Shown piece after piece: positions 48,501 through 60,691 of a stretch of DNA of 64,000 bases. Numbering within the stretch: the first letter of the stretch is position 1; the number at the start of each line of letters is the position of its first letter. The position numbers and the translations under genes are program-made. Source of the DNA: Oculina patagonica (taxonomy: Eukaryota); NCBI RefSeq assembly GCF_052425735.1, contig NC_135762.1:1116001-1180000 (forward strand), given 5' to 3'. The notes under the pieces were generated by a model. It was not told the DNA's origin, made no database searches, and was given only the letters and a program-made list of their open reading frames with translations.

Positions 48501-51500
48501 TATCGCTAGTTTTTATTTTTAAATGATCACTGCTTAAGCTGACAATGTAAAGTATTTCCTTCTTTCCTATTTTCTTTTTTAAGAACGCCTGTGGAAAGAA
48601 CCCTCCCTGCCGCAACAACGCAAAATGTCAGTCGGGATTTACAGACAAGGGATACCGCTGTTTGTGCATTGCGGGTTTTGAGGGCGCACATTGCGAGAAA
48701 GGTAAGCGTGGCGTGTAGTTGTTTATAACGCATTGTGTAGTTATTTAGTGACTGAACTAACAAAAGATCAGAGTAAGCTCAAAGACTCAAAGGACTGTAT
48801 AGAATGCAATATGGCCAATCAATTGGCAGCATGATAATCATTTTCCAGGGTAATTACGCTTTAAAATAAGTCAAATAAGTTCAACTTTCAGTCTGAAACG
48901 CTGTTTCATGTGTAGCCATAACGCAACGCTTGGTACATTTTCACTTTTAAGCCAGATAGTTTTTTCTTATTTTTTTTTGAAAACAAATCCCGTTAGTTTC
49001 ATTTTCAATATCACTTTATTGTATGCAGTAGACAGCAAAACCGTTAAAACTCCTAAGATCTACCAAAACGATTAGTGGGAGGCGCGGTGGCCCAATGGTT
49101 AGCACGCTAGCTTGCCTCCGTATCCAGGGCCGGGTTGTGTTCGAAAGACGATTAACGCTAACCCAGGATTAAAAGATGATCAAGATTTTAATTTATCTTG
49201 TTTTAAAGGGTTTTCCAAAGCTAATATTTTGTTAAGTTTGAGATTGGTCCATGTCAAAACTGTGGGACAGAGAATATATATTAACAGAAAACCTCAACAA
49301 AATTATATAAAATTAAAATCGAATTTCACGCTAATCCTGGATTTTAGCTTAATCGTGCTTTGAACAACCGGGCCCAGAACTGAGTCCGAGTTTGAGCCCT
49401 GTCCAGTGGGCCACATCGGAGTATTAAGTGGCAGTTTCTCTTAAAGCGGTCCATCGCATTTCGGGTCGGCAAAAAAGTTTTCCCTCAAACTTTGCCCAGT
49501 GAACTATCTTAGGTTGTAAGTAAATGCAACGACTTTAGTTTTTGGAAATACGTTAAAATATATTTTTAGAGCTCTCGACAGTGAAGGCTGCAAAAGGCCT
49601 AATTTTGAGCTTGGCCAGAACAAGAAATTTCATAAGTCGACTTTGCCGCTCAAAAACAACTAAACGCACCAAATTATTATTATTATTCCTAAGTTAAGTG
49701 GTCCTTCAAAGGTTGGAAGCGCATGTTAATTTTGATACATTTTGATTTACGGGTCCGTGAAAATTTAAATATCAGCAACCGTTAGATCGCTTTCTGTAAA
49801 CATGCAAAAGTATGGTGTCTTCGCAGGCCAGACTCGTTCCCAGTCCCTACTTATTTGTTTCTAAAGGCGATAAAAAACTGAGGCGGACTAAGGCAAGGGT
49901 TGCGGGGCAGGCTCCCTTGATGCAATGCGTTCTAGTCAAAACCGCCAAGGGAGCGACTGGGAACGAGTCTGTTCGCAGGCCTTTATTTCACGAGTCCATC
50001 TTCCTTTGCCACAGGGACTTCGAACATTTTGTGTTTATGCGAGTATTTCATACACATTATGCAAATGAGCTTACTTACTCGCATAAACACGAAATTTTCG
50101 AAGTCCCTGTCGCAAAGGAAGATAAAAAGTGCAAGGTATTTTTATATTTCTATGCTTCCTAACATCTGATTAGTAGGATTCAGTTGGAATTTAGAATGGT
50201 CTGGTCTGGACTCGTGAAATAAAGGCCTGCGAAGACACCATACTTTTGCATGTTTACAGAAAGCGATCTAACGGTTGCTGATATTTAAATTTTCACGGAC
50301 CCGTAAATCAAAATGTATCAAAATTAACATGCGCTTCCAACCTTTGAAGGACCACTTAACTTAGGAATAATAATAATAATTTGGTGCGTTTAGTTGTTTT
50401 TGAGCGGCAAGCTCGTCAACTTATGAAATTTCTCGTTCTGGCCAAGCTCAAAATTAGGCCTTTTGCAGCCTTCACTGTCGAGAGCTCTAAAAATATATTC
50501 TAACGTATTTCCAAAAACTAAAGTCGTTGCATATACTTACAACCTAAGATAGTTCACTGGGCAAAGTTTGAGGGAAAACTTTTTTGCCGACCCGAAATGC
50601 GATGGACCGCTTTAAGAGAAACTGCCACTTAAATTTTAGGGAGATAACCCTGCGAAGGACTCGCGTCCCATCCAGGAAGGAGTATTTACTCCTAGTCGTC
50701 TTAATGTTACGGAAACAGAAGATAGGCTCCGACTTGTTGGGCCAGTAGCCTCGAACAAAAACTTTAGCTTTATCTCTTTTTGACCAGATATCGATGAATG
50801 CACAAATGGATACCATGACTGTCACTTGAATGCAAACTGTGTTAACACCGATGGATCGTTTAGCTGTGCTTGTAAAGAGGGTTTCAATGGAGATGGACGC
50901 TTGTGTTCAGGTATAAATTACTTGAAAATTTAACTTATTTTCGTCGAAGAAACAAAGAAAATTTATAGAACTGACTCATAAAATTCATCTTAAAGAGTTA
51001 ATACAGTGCGTTGAAGCAACAATAAATAGGGAACGAATTGGCCATGTGCTCTTCCGTTTAATGTATTTTGCCCCCTTTAGTTTCATTTTCCAATAACTCT
51101 CAACAGTAGATCGGGTTTTATTTTAATTGTTGTCTTGTACTTTTTGACCAGATATCGATGAATGCACAAACGGAGACCATGACTGTCACTTAAATGCAAA
51201 CTGTGTTAACACCGCTGGATCGTTTAGCTGCACTTGTAAGGAGGGTTACGCTGGAGATGGACGCTTGTGTTCAGGTATAAATTACTTGAGAATTTTAGCT
51301 AATCTTGACTCAAGAAATAATAAAAAGAATAGAATAGTTTGCTGTAAAAAATACATTAACTTAAATAGGCAAAACATACTCAGAATAGTAATAACATAGA
51401 CACTTTATATTGAAGAGTTACCCTGCGTCATGAAGCAAGATAAGGGAATGATCGAATAATCATGCGATCACCCAGTTTCGAATAATTACCACCCGCTTTG

Positions 51501-53013
51501 AGGCTTCGTAAGTCTACATTTTTCCGTATAATGGCTCGGCATACTGGAAACGTATTCTTTTATACAGCTGTTTCGAGAAATGGTTCGGAAAAAAGCACAT
51601 ACCGTATTTTCTCAAATAAACGCCCCGGCGTTTATTTCAAACTTGGCGTCATGAACCCGGCGTTTATTTGAAGCCGGCGTTTAATCGGGGCCAGGCGTTT
51701 ATTAAAGGACTGCAATTTTCAGCCAATTTTTCAGACTGATTTATTGTTACCGATCTTCGAGACCAAGGGGCAGTTTGTCAAGGCAGGACGATTTTTCTCT
51801 TCCTTCAGCCCCAAAAAAGAGGAAAAAAGTGTCCCTGGGTATCCAAAGGTGATTATTTCCCAAAGGTGCACTATTACGGATTGGATAGTTTATGTTGCAA
51901 TCGAGATTTGTGACAAACAGAATATATTTACTTGTTAGCTTGACCTCAAATAAACGCCGGGACCTCGAACAAACGCCCCCGGCGTTTATTTAAAAACTAG
52001 CAAATTTGACCCGGCGTTTATACGAGGCCGGCCTTTAATCGGGGTCCGGCGTTTAATCGAGAAAATACGGTAAGTGCACGCGGCAAAACCGAAAGGTAGT
52101 ATGGGTAGAAGAAGAGAGCTACTGCAAGTGTTGAATACTAACGAGATATAATTATAATGACTTGACAAATGCGAATTTGCACGTTTTCTTTCTGTTCAGA
52201 CATGTGGGAACAAGGTACTTTCAGCCACGCTGAACTTTAGAAGAATTTCAAAATTTGAATACATGCGACAGTAAAAGTAAAGCTACAGAAAAAGGCCTCA
52301 GGAGAGGAAAAACAAAATCTTCATGTGCAAAAATACAAACTTGTACATTTCCTCTAGGCCATGGCCAATATGCAGAATTACAGTGAATACCCAGACCACC
52401 TTTCGGTCTTTTCGCGTGCACTTTTGTTTTTTCTGACAACCTTTTTCGAAAAAAACTGTATTTAAGTTTGACAAGAGAAACACGCAAGATCAAGCACTGG
52501 TATAATGATGATGACGATGATTTATTACGGTATTAATTTATTTCAGAAAATTGGAAAAAGATCAGTGATGCTCCAGTGTGCTTTGGAGCTCGAGGTGACA
52601 CATATGGGGCTTTTAACATCAAAGAAACCGGGTTCATCTACACCTTCAAACTCGTTCACAAGAGCGGTTACTTGAGTTGTGACGGAAATTTCCCAGCATC
52701 CTACTGGGGATGTGACGTCGATATTTTTGGAGAATACAAGCTACTTACCGTCATCACGTTCGCGAACAGGAATGAGCTTTTGCTCGCGGATTACTCGAGA
52801 AATGAGGAATATTGTGGATTCAAATATTATTCATATCAGATTGCTGGAATTGGTGTCAACTCCCCAGAACTTCTGTTCAACAAACTTTCCACTCCGCTTT
52901 CAGTGTCTGTTGGCCAGGAGTTTCAAATCTGGTATGGACAAGACTTGACAGATTGCTCAGAGGACAATAACAGCGGGACGACCTGTGCTGATGTCTATGC
53001 GTGGTACGCTTGA
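45547..53013 (+). CDS. Secreted PAN/apple-like + EGF + 2x Ca-binding EGF + unnamed C-terminal domain protein, 388 aa, 6 exons
   Basis: Exons 45547-45616 (signal peptide [14 protein letters not shown]...), 47866-48131 (CAFLC...CVSFN...CELN), 48584-48701 (EGF), 50788-50910 and 51152-51274 (DIDEC...CVNTxGSFSC), 52547-53013 (VCFGARGD...WYGQDL...CADVYAWYA*). 1167 nt, in frame. The first exon is the least certain. Confidence 0.88.
46052..46210. repeat. Inverted repeat resembling head-to-head Penelope-like element ends
   Basis: Arms TAATAAAAACAAACGTTCACTGGCTAAAAATATT...GAGCTTTCGGCTGTCGCTCTA with the mirror copy. The stem-GAAAGCTC signature resembles Penelope termini. Confidence 0.6.
46262..46607. 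mobile_element. MITE with 10-bp AAAGTCGCC(C/T) tandem repeats
   Basis: TIR GGCCTACTCTGGGA / TCCCAGAGTAGGCC with 8-bp TSD TGTTCTTA. Confidence 0.88.
49078..50775 (+). mobile_element. SINE carrying two inserts (MITE ~49126-49377 and foldback 49424-50632)
   Basis: Head GGAGGCGCGGTGGCCCAATGGTTAGC, B-box remnant at ~49388, and a 3' half (TAACCCTGCGAAGGACT...CCCATCCAGG...CTTTAGCTTT) that resumes at 50633. Confidence 0.8.
49424..50632. mobile_element. 1.2-kb foldback element with ~400-bp near-identical inverted arms, TTAA-bounded
   Basis: 49424-49828 is the reverse complement of ~50225-50632 with few mismatches. Inner palindrome ~49998-50122. Nested MITE 49829-49971 with 9-bp TSD TTCGCAGGC. Confidence 0.93.
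51600..52072. mobile_element. Tc1/mariner-type MITE
   Basis: Termini TACCGTATTTTCTC / GAGAAAATACGGTA with AAACGCC / GGCGTTTA subterminal repeats. A related element lies at ~57840-58305. Confidence 0.8.
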
Positions 53014-53614
53014 CAAGGGCATACACAACGCACCTTATACTGATCCTGAATTATTCACAGTGTGAAGATGTAGACATGCTTAAAGGAAGCGTGTCGTATT
53101 TTTTTCAGTTTCAATTCATTTGTCCTTAAAGATTTTCCGCGAACTCTCACAGCTCCCACAGTATGGAAGCCAAAACAAATCACTCTTGTACTACGACTGT
53201 CTTTATACTTCGGTTTATCAATTCGGATAAAATCAAAGGACATGTGAGCGTATATGTCTTATTAGACAATTAACTGATCGCTGTACATACCTGCTGACCA
53301 AAATACTGAGCAAGACTTGTAAAAAATATAAGCGTACACACTTTTTCCCACATCCTGACTTTCCACCATTTTTGAATTCCTCGCGAATAAGACTCCAGGT
53401 TGACACGTTATGGAGTAGAAATATTGTGAGATATTTGTACGAGTTTCAGAGTACCGTAAAGTATTGGAAACAAGAGCACCCCCCCAGAAAAAGCCTCCCA
53501 ATTCGACCCAAATATCAGAGGCAAAAATCCTTTCGGACATACGCCCACCCGATTAGGAGCCCATGGGCTTGCTTTAAATTATAGCTTTTAATACCTTAGC
53601 TATGCCTTTTTGAT

Positions 53615-54558
53615 TTAAAGGCCTGGCCAAACGGAGACGCAAGTGGACGCAAGTTTTGCTGCTTACTTCAAATACTGAATTGCAGCGCGCGCACTTGCAT
53701 TTAAAAGGCTTTTTGACAACTTGCGTGCACTTGTGAGTCCGTTTGGCCACCCAACGCAAGTTTGTACGCAAGTTCAACTTGCGACTACTTGCGTCCACTT
53801 GCGTTACCGTTTGGCCAGGGCTTAAGAGCCCTTTTGTATAGCTTGTTTTGTAAGTTACTTTGTTAAGGCCTGGCCAAACGGAGATGCAAGTGGACGCAAG
53901 TTTTTAACTTGCGTTTACTTGCGTCTCCGTTTGGCCAGGACTTGCGTGCACTTACGTTGACTTGCGATGACTTGCGTTCACTTTGGTCGAGATCAAATTT
54001 GCACGCTAGTGAACGCAAGTTATTCACCGTTTGGCCAGCCAATGCAAGTTTTGCTGCTTGCTTCAAATACTGAATACTTGCGTGCACTTGCGAGTCTGTT
54101 TGGCCACCCAACGTAAGTTTGAACGCAAGTTCAACTTGCGACTACTTGCGTTGCCGTTTGGCCAGGGCTTTAGAGAATACTCAGAGCGACTTTCAGTCCT
54201 GACCAAACGGCAATGCAAGTAAACGCAAGTTAAAAACTTGCGTCTACTTACGTCTCCGTTTGGCCACGACTTGTGCGCACTTACGTTGACTTGCGTTCAC
54301 TTTGGTCGAGATCATATTTGCACAGTTAAGTAAACGCAAGTTTTTCACCGTTTGGCGACCCAACGCAAGTCGATGCATTTTTTGCAGTTTACTTCAAATA
54401 CTAAATTGCACCTCGTAGCATTTTTAACGACTTTTTGCAAACTTGCGTACACTTGCGACTAAACTTGCGTGTCCGTTTGGCCACCCAACGCAAGTCTGTA
54501 CGAAAGTTCAACTTGCGACAACTTGCGTTCACTTGCGTTACCGTTTGGCCAGGGCTTT
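53615..54558. repeat. Three adjacent copies of a small TIR element (GGCCTGGCCAAACGG...CCGTTTGGCCAGGGCTT) rich in ACTTGCGT / ACGCAAGT
   Basis: Copies at ~53615-53825, 53863-54171 and 54196-54558, separated by short spacers. Confidence 0.85.
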
Positions 54559-54724
54559 ATTAGAACGTTTTACCATGTGGTATTCTTGTATGTACCACAC
54601 ATTTCAGTCGGCCACGGTCTCATGTCTTAATACGCAAATGGTTTTGCAACTCAAATTTCCACCGAAAATAACTCTCCTCTCCCCCCGTAAAAAAGGTTCC
54701 CGTTCCCCGAAAATAAGCCATCCA

Positions 54725-55895
54725 TGTCCAATATACACGACCTGATACGGATCGTAAAAACCATTAGACGAATCGTACGGTTGGTACGGTTCGTACGAGT
54801 CGTGAAACAATAGTTTACGAGTCGTACAGTTGGTGAAGTGCATATGATTAGTGGGACATAGTGTGTCCTAACAGTGCTACGAATCGTACGAGTCGTACGG
54901 TTCGTACGAGTCGTTAAACAATAGTTTACGAGTCGTACAGTTGGTGAAGTGCATATGATTAGCGAGACATAATGGGTCCGAACAGTGCTACGAATCGTAC
55001 GAGTCGTACGGTTCGTACGAGTCGTGAAATAATAGTTTACGAGTCGTACAGTTGGTAAAGTGCATATGATTAGCGAGACTTGGTGGGTCCGAACAGTGCT
55101 ACGAATCGTACGAGTCGTACGGTTCGTACGAGTCGTGAAACAATAGTTTACGACTCGAGCAGTTTGCTAACTGCATAGCATTAGTGATAAAGCGTGATAC
55201 TGTAATCAAAACACACCAAGCAAAATGTATATTTCTCGTTCTGTAAGAGTCACGTCCCCAACACGGTAAACACACGTCCCCAACACGGTAAACACAATGT
55301 ATATTTCTCGTTCTAAAAACGTGCAAACCCAAACACGCTTTAGAAAATGTCCCAAACACGCTAAACGCAGTGTATTCTTCGTTCTATAATAAGTGTGCTA
55401 GCGATACTCGCTAAACACAACACGGTAAACACAATGTATATTCTTCGTTCTAAAAGCGTTTGATGGCCCAAACACGCTAAATGCAATGTATTCTTCGCTC
55501 TATAAAAAGTGTGCTAAAGAAACTCGCTAAACACAACACGGTAAACACAATGTATATTTCTCGTTCTAAAAACGTGCAAACCCAAACACACTTTCTTCGT
55601 TCTATAAAAAGTGTGCTAGCGAAACTCGCTAAACATAACACGGTAAACACAATGTATATTTCTCGTTCTTAAAACGTGCAAACCCAAACACGCTTTAGAA
55701 AATGTCCCAAATACGCTAAACGCAGTGTATTCTTCGTTCTATAAAAAGTGTGCTAGCGAAACTCGCTAAACACAACACGGTAAACACAATGTATATTCTT
55801 CGTTCTAAAAGCGTTTGATGGCCCAAACACGCTAACGAACCGTACAATTGGAGTGATGATTTTTACGATCCGTATCAGGTCGTGTATATTGGACA
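54725..55895. mobile_element. Non-autonomous TIR element filled with two tandem arrays
   Basis: ~36-bp TIR TGTCCAATATACACGACCTGATACGGATCGTAAAAA with an inverse copy ending at 55895. 111-bp units (anchors 54771, 54882, 54993, 55104), then ACACGGTAAACACAATGTAT-type units at ~55220-55835. Confidence 0.88.
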
Positions 55896-56191
55896 ACCCT
55901 CAAAATAAGCCCCCCTAAAAGGGACGTAGAGCAAATAATACCAAAGGATTGGGCTGGAATTATAATTGTTCTCTATCTAGCTAGAAAGCAGAGTTGTATA
56001 CCAATAACATATGCACTGCACATGTGTTATTCATCTCCAAGCGCCAATATCATTATCGGTCGAAATATTGGCTTATTAAAAGTTACCTTTTCCTTGCATT
56101 TTTAATTGAATTTAAGCGCAGATAACATCATGCTATCGGGGGAGGGGGGGGGGGGGGGGGCTGGGGGGTGCAAAGCATTAATCTATTTGAG

Positions 56192-56773
56192 TACAGTCAA
56201 CTCTCTCTTAACGGACACCTTTATAAAACGGACACCTCCATAAGACGGACACCTGGTGATGGTCCCTGCCGTTTTTCAGTCATTTTACTGTAACCAAACT
56301 CACTATAAGACGGACACCTCTCTAAGACGGACTACGGACACTTTGAAATCATTAACGGACACTTTAGAAGTGTTTTTTATCATGTTTTATTAGTGAAAAT
56401 ACTTACAAACTTCGTATTGACTCAAAGAAAAGTTGGTCAGTGCCCTAAGGATACGTGTATGCCAAGCTAACTAACCACAAACAATGACGCTTTATCGGAT
56501 TACTTCTCTGCTTACGTGTATGGACACTTAAAAGAGGTCGTTTTCTACTTAGAAGCTCTCAATTTTTCGTTTTAACAACCAAAAGCGGTCCTTTTTATTA
56601 TTTTAGTCTTATTGCAGTTGGCAAAGTTTTGTTGCATTGTGCAACGGTTTAGCTTTATTATCTCAGAATTACTGGTGTCATATTACCTCGACTCTCTACA
56701 GAGCGGACACCTCTCTAAGACGGACAGCTACGGCCGGTCCCGAAGGTGTCCGTCTTAGATAGAGTTGACTGTA
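56192..56773. mobile_element. pogo/mariner-type MITE
   Basis: Termini TACAGTCAACTCTCTCTTAACGGACACC / GGTGTCCGTCTTAGATAGAGTTGACTGTA. A second copy lies at 58956-59645. Confidence 0.88.
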
Positions 56774-57293
56774 TTCAGCGTTACAAACACCCGCTAGTAT
56801 GATGTTTATTTCAAAGGTACAGAAAACATGATTTCGTGCGAATTTCGTCGGCGTTCGTGGAAGAGATTCACAAGATTCTATAACTCTGGAGCAGTACGTT
56901 TGAGCTGTCTCCAAATATCAGACGATTTGAAACACTACAAGACTTTTCCACCATGTGGGCATATTTTTGGGATTTTTGCCCATTTTTACGGACATTCACT
57001 CTTAGACCGATTACTTAGTTTATTTGCATCTTTTTGAAATACTGTAATGGGAAAAAATATTCTAAAAGCCACACATGTACGCATTGCAAGCCTATGCCAA
57101 TGCTTTTGACACGCAACGGTCACGTGCGCGTGATCATGTGCTTCATCACGTGCGTTCGCAGGTTCTTATTGGTAGAAATCTTTGAGCGGCAAACAACTTC
57201 TTCTGAGCCAGCGAGAAAGGGAAAACGTGCGCACGAGAATTTATTTGCTTGCCGAGTATCTGGAAGATAGACGTGATAGGATTTAACCTTAAA

Positions 57294-60200
57294 ATGTTTA
57301 GAATTATCATGTTTTATTTCACAGCTGCTGGATTAGCTGGGTTACTATCCAACTGTAAAGGTGAGAAAGTGTTTCTGTGAATCCCTAGTATCTACTGGAA
57401 TAGCCACGCTCTTCGCCCATGCAAAAATTCCACGATCGAAAGATTTCTGCCTACAGAAAGTTAGCAGGACAATCGTTCGCATTCATATCGCGATTGTCAT
57501 GCCTCACAAGCCCGATCGCACGAATATATATCGTAACCTTTTATAATTATACTGCTGCGAGACCGTTCATTATCTATCTTCAATGTATGTTTTGCAATTG
57601 AAGCTGTTACCGGTTATTTCAGTCAGTATAATAAATAACATGTCGACTGAATCAACAATGAAACATTCAAGTTTGAGCGTAATTGCGAGTTCAAGATAAG
57701 AAAGGTCGATAGTATGAGCCGATTACTTAGTATATATTTGATTCATCGACCAACATTACTTGGTGGACAAAGAATTATCATGATGCAGCCATACAATGTA
57801 CATAAAAACAAAATGTACAATAATCTTTGATTATATAAATGCCGTAAATGATCCAAAAAACGCCCACTCTCAAATAAACGCCTCGTATCTAATTAACGCC
57901 TCCCCTGAGATGTAAACAAAAGTGTAAACGCAAGTAATAGACACCTTCTTTGAAGAATCACCTCAAAAACCAAGGAAATGCTCCAGAGGGAAAAATCATG
58001 CAATATAGTTAGTTTCTTGCTTGACTCAGACATCAAAGAGGCCAATAATGCCAACATGATTGACCTCGATGATGATGAAAACATCGTTATCGAACTATGA
58101 ATAGATTAGTCTGCAACTCATCTACTGTGTCTTGTATCATACTCCGCGAGCAAACTCCGCATCCTATTTGTTTTGTTGACGTTGTTACAGTTAAAGTTAA
58201 ATAAACGCCTCTTTCTCTAATAAACGCCTCATATCTATTTAATGCCTCCCCTAGGACCCCTAAAATTTAATAGACACCCCGGGCGTTTATTAGATCATTT
58301 ACAGTACTGTTCCAAGTCTCATCTTGATTTTTGCTGCTTCTTTTGTTTCAGGTCAAGTAACAAATCCAGATGGAAGGCAGAACCAAAGTGATTGCACATA
58401 TTTCTTTTATGGAAGCAACATTATTATAAAGAATAGAATGGCGGTAAACAGAGAAACCTGCCTGTACCTTGACAGCGAAGAGCTTCGTGTCTACAACAAG
58501 AGTACCAGAATGGGTGCTCGCCTAGCAACCTGCCCTACATTTGGGCAAGGAGAACAAAGTGGTGTTGTAAATGAGGAGTTTAGAAAAAAATTTGACCTAA
58601 AATATTTCTCTTTTGAATGTTCTTTGAGCAACTCAAGCAACCACCATGGCCACCGTGATGTACACTCAGAACTAATTGGCGATAAAACAGCAATGAAGCA
58701 ATTGCCGTTTGATGAGTGTATATTCATAATATTGTGTAGCGACAGCCATGGCTCAACATTTAGATATTCTGCTGCCTGCCCCATTGTTAATGAAACAAGA
58801 GGTAAGTCCTAAATCTGTTTAACAATTATTCACCGAGGTGGAGGTGAATAGTGGTGAGGTAAATATCCACCACATTCACTGACACTGAGGTGGATAATTT
58901 TTTTAGTATTATTCCACACAAGTTGAATAACTAGAGGTGAATAATTTTTTTAGTATACAGTCATCTCTCTCTTAACGGACATCTCTATATGACGGACACC
59001 CCTATAAGACGGACACCTGGTGATGGTCCTTGCCGTTTTTCAGTCATTTTACTGCAACCAAACTCCCTATAAAAAGGACACGTCTCTAAGACGGACAACG
59101 GACATTTTGAAATAATTAATGGATACTTTCAGAGAACTTTGTATCGACCTAAAGCAACGTTAGTCTGATATCAAGCTTTTAACCCAAAACAATTACGCTT
59201 TAACAGATTACTTCTCTGCTTACGTGTTCGGACACTAAAGAGGTCGTTTTCTACTTACAGTATTACAGCTTGTAGAAGCTCTCAATTTTTGCTTTAACAA
59301 GCAAATAGGCCATTTCCGAGTTACCCTTTGCCTCTGTTTCAAAACGAGTCTACGTGCAAAACCATTCAGATGAAAATAAGTTTGATTTGCATGAAAATGG
59401 ACATGAAGGTTGAACTCATTTGCATTTGAATGGTTTGGCATGTAAACTCGTTTTGAAATGGAGGCAAAGGGTAACTCGGAAACGGCCTGTATGGTCCTTC
59501 TATTATTTTAGTTTTGTTAAGGTTTGTTGTATTGTGCAAAGAAATACTGGTGTCATGTTACCTCGACTCTCTACAAGGCAGACACTTCTCAAAGATGGAC
59601 AGCTGTAGCCGGTCCTGAAGGTGTCTGTTGAGAGAGTTTACTGTATACCACACAAGTTGAATAACTAGCACACTAAAACATCACTTTCGGTAAACAAAAT
59701 GATGTGCGAAGGCAGTTTGTTTCTCTTTAGCTGCTCAGAGGTGAATAGTTCTTTGCTAATCACCTCTGAGTTAACCAATCAGCGCACGTGAAAAGCACTA
59801 TTGGTATATACTAATTTAGGATATTGTAAATTCTAGTTATAATAATGTAAATATATAATAAAGATGGTAATTTTTAAGCTCAGTGATAATTCCCGTTGGG
59901 GACTCAGAATTTTTCTCTGTCTTATCCCATGTCATCATTATTTATCACCGAGCTAAAAATTTACTCCACACTTGATGATTTTGACATTGCTGATCCTAGC
60001 AGGATGCGTGGCACATATAAACCTAGTAAATGGCCCAGCTCACCATGAGTCTCTCGTAGCTCAGTTGGCATTAAAGCACCCAACCGGTATCTGGGAGGCC
60101 ATTGGTTCCATTTTTGTCGGGGACTCAGATTTTTTCTTTGTCCCATGCTCGTGTCATTGTTGACTTGATAATAATGTATCATCGATCGTTGAATTCATTT

Positions 60201-60691
60201 TTTTTTTTCGCAAAGTTTTCTTAATATGCTTTGAAGGAAAATTTTATAATGCTTTTATTATATGAAATACTTTCTGGATGGTCATTAGTTCATTAGTTTG
60301 ATCACTATTATACATGTATGTGTCTCACCCTCAAGAGGCGCAGTGGCGTAATGGTTAGCGCGCTCGACTCCGAGTTGAACAGCCCCGGTCAGCATTGCGA
60401 GCCCTGGCCAGCATTGCTTTGTGTTCTTGGGCAAGACATTTTAATCTCACCGTGCCTCTCTCCATCCTGCTGTATAAATTGGTACCGGCAAATTTACTGC
60501 TCGGGGTAACCCTGCGATGGACTAGCATCCCATCCAGGGGAAGTAGAAATACTTCCAGTTGCTTAATGCTACAGAAACCGGTATAAGCTCTGGCAGTTAG
60601 GGTATATGCCACCTGGCTCGAACACAGACTTTAATTACCTTAACCATATGTGTTACCCTCAGGAAATACAAAAAGTAATTTCCTAGCTTAA
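57294..60691 (+). CDS. Putative secreted Cys-containing protein of unknown family (~181 aa, 3 exons)
   Basis: Exon 57294-57360 (signal-like MFRIIMFYFTAAGLAGLLSNCK, phase 1) and a 450-nt open exon 58352-58801 (phase 1/1, strong splice sites). Tentative last exon 60663-60691, with AATAAA near 60892. Confidence 0.6.
58956..59645. mobile_element. Second copy of the 56192 MITE, carrying a nested MITE (~59304-59490)
   Basis: Colinear with 56192-56773. The insert has TIR ATAGGCCATTTCCGAGTTAC / GTAACTCGGAAACGGCCTGT. Confidence 0.8.
60336..60645 (+). mobile_element. Near full-length tRNA-derived SINE
   Basis: A-box head GAGGCGCAGTGGCGTAATGGTTAGCGCGCTCGACTCC, core TGTGTTCTTGGGCAAGACA...TATAAATTGGTACCGGC, tail CAGACTTTAATTACCTT. 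Confidence 0.85.

Noticed and set aside
54768-55835. CRISPR-like repeat-spacer array
   Set aside because: The units repeat along their whole length with no unique spacers, they are enclosed by transposon TIRs, the context is eukaryotic, and no cas genes are present.
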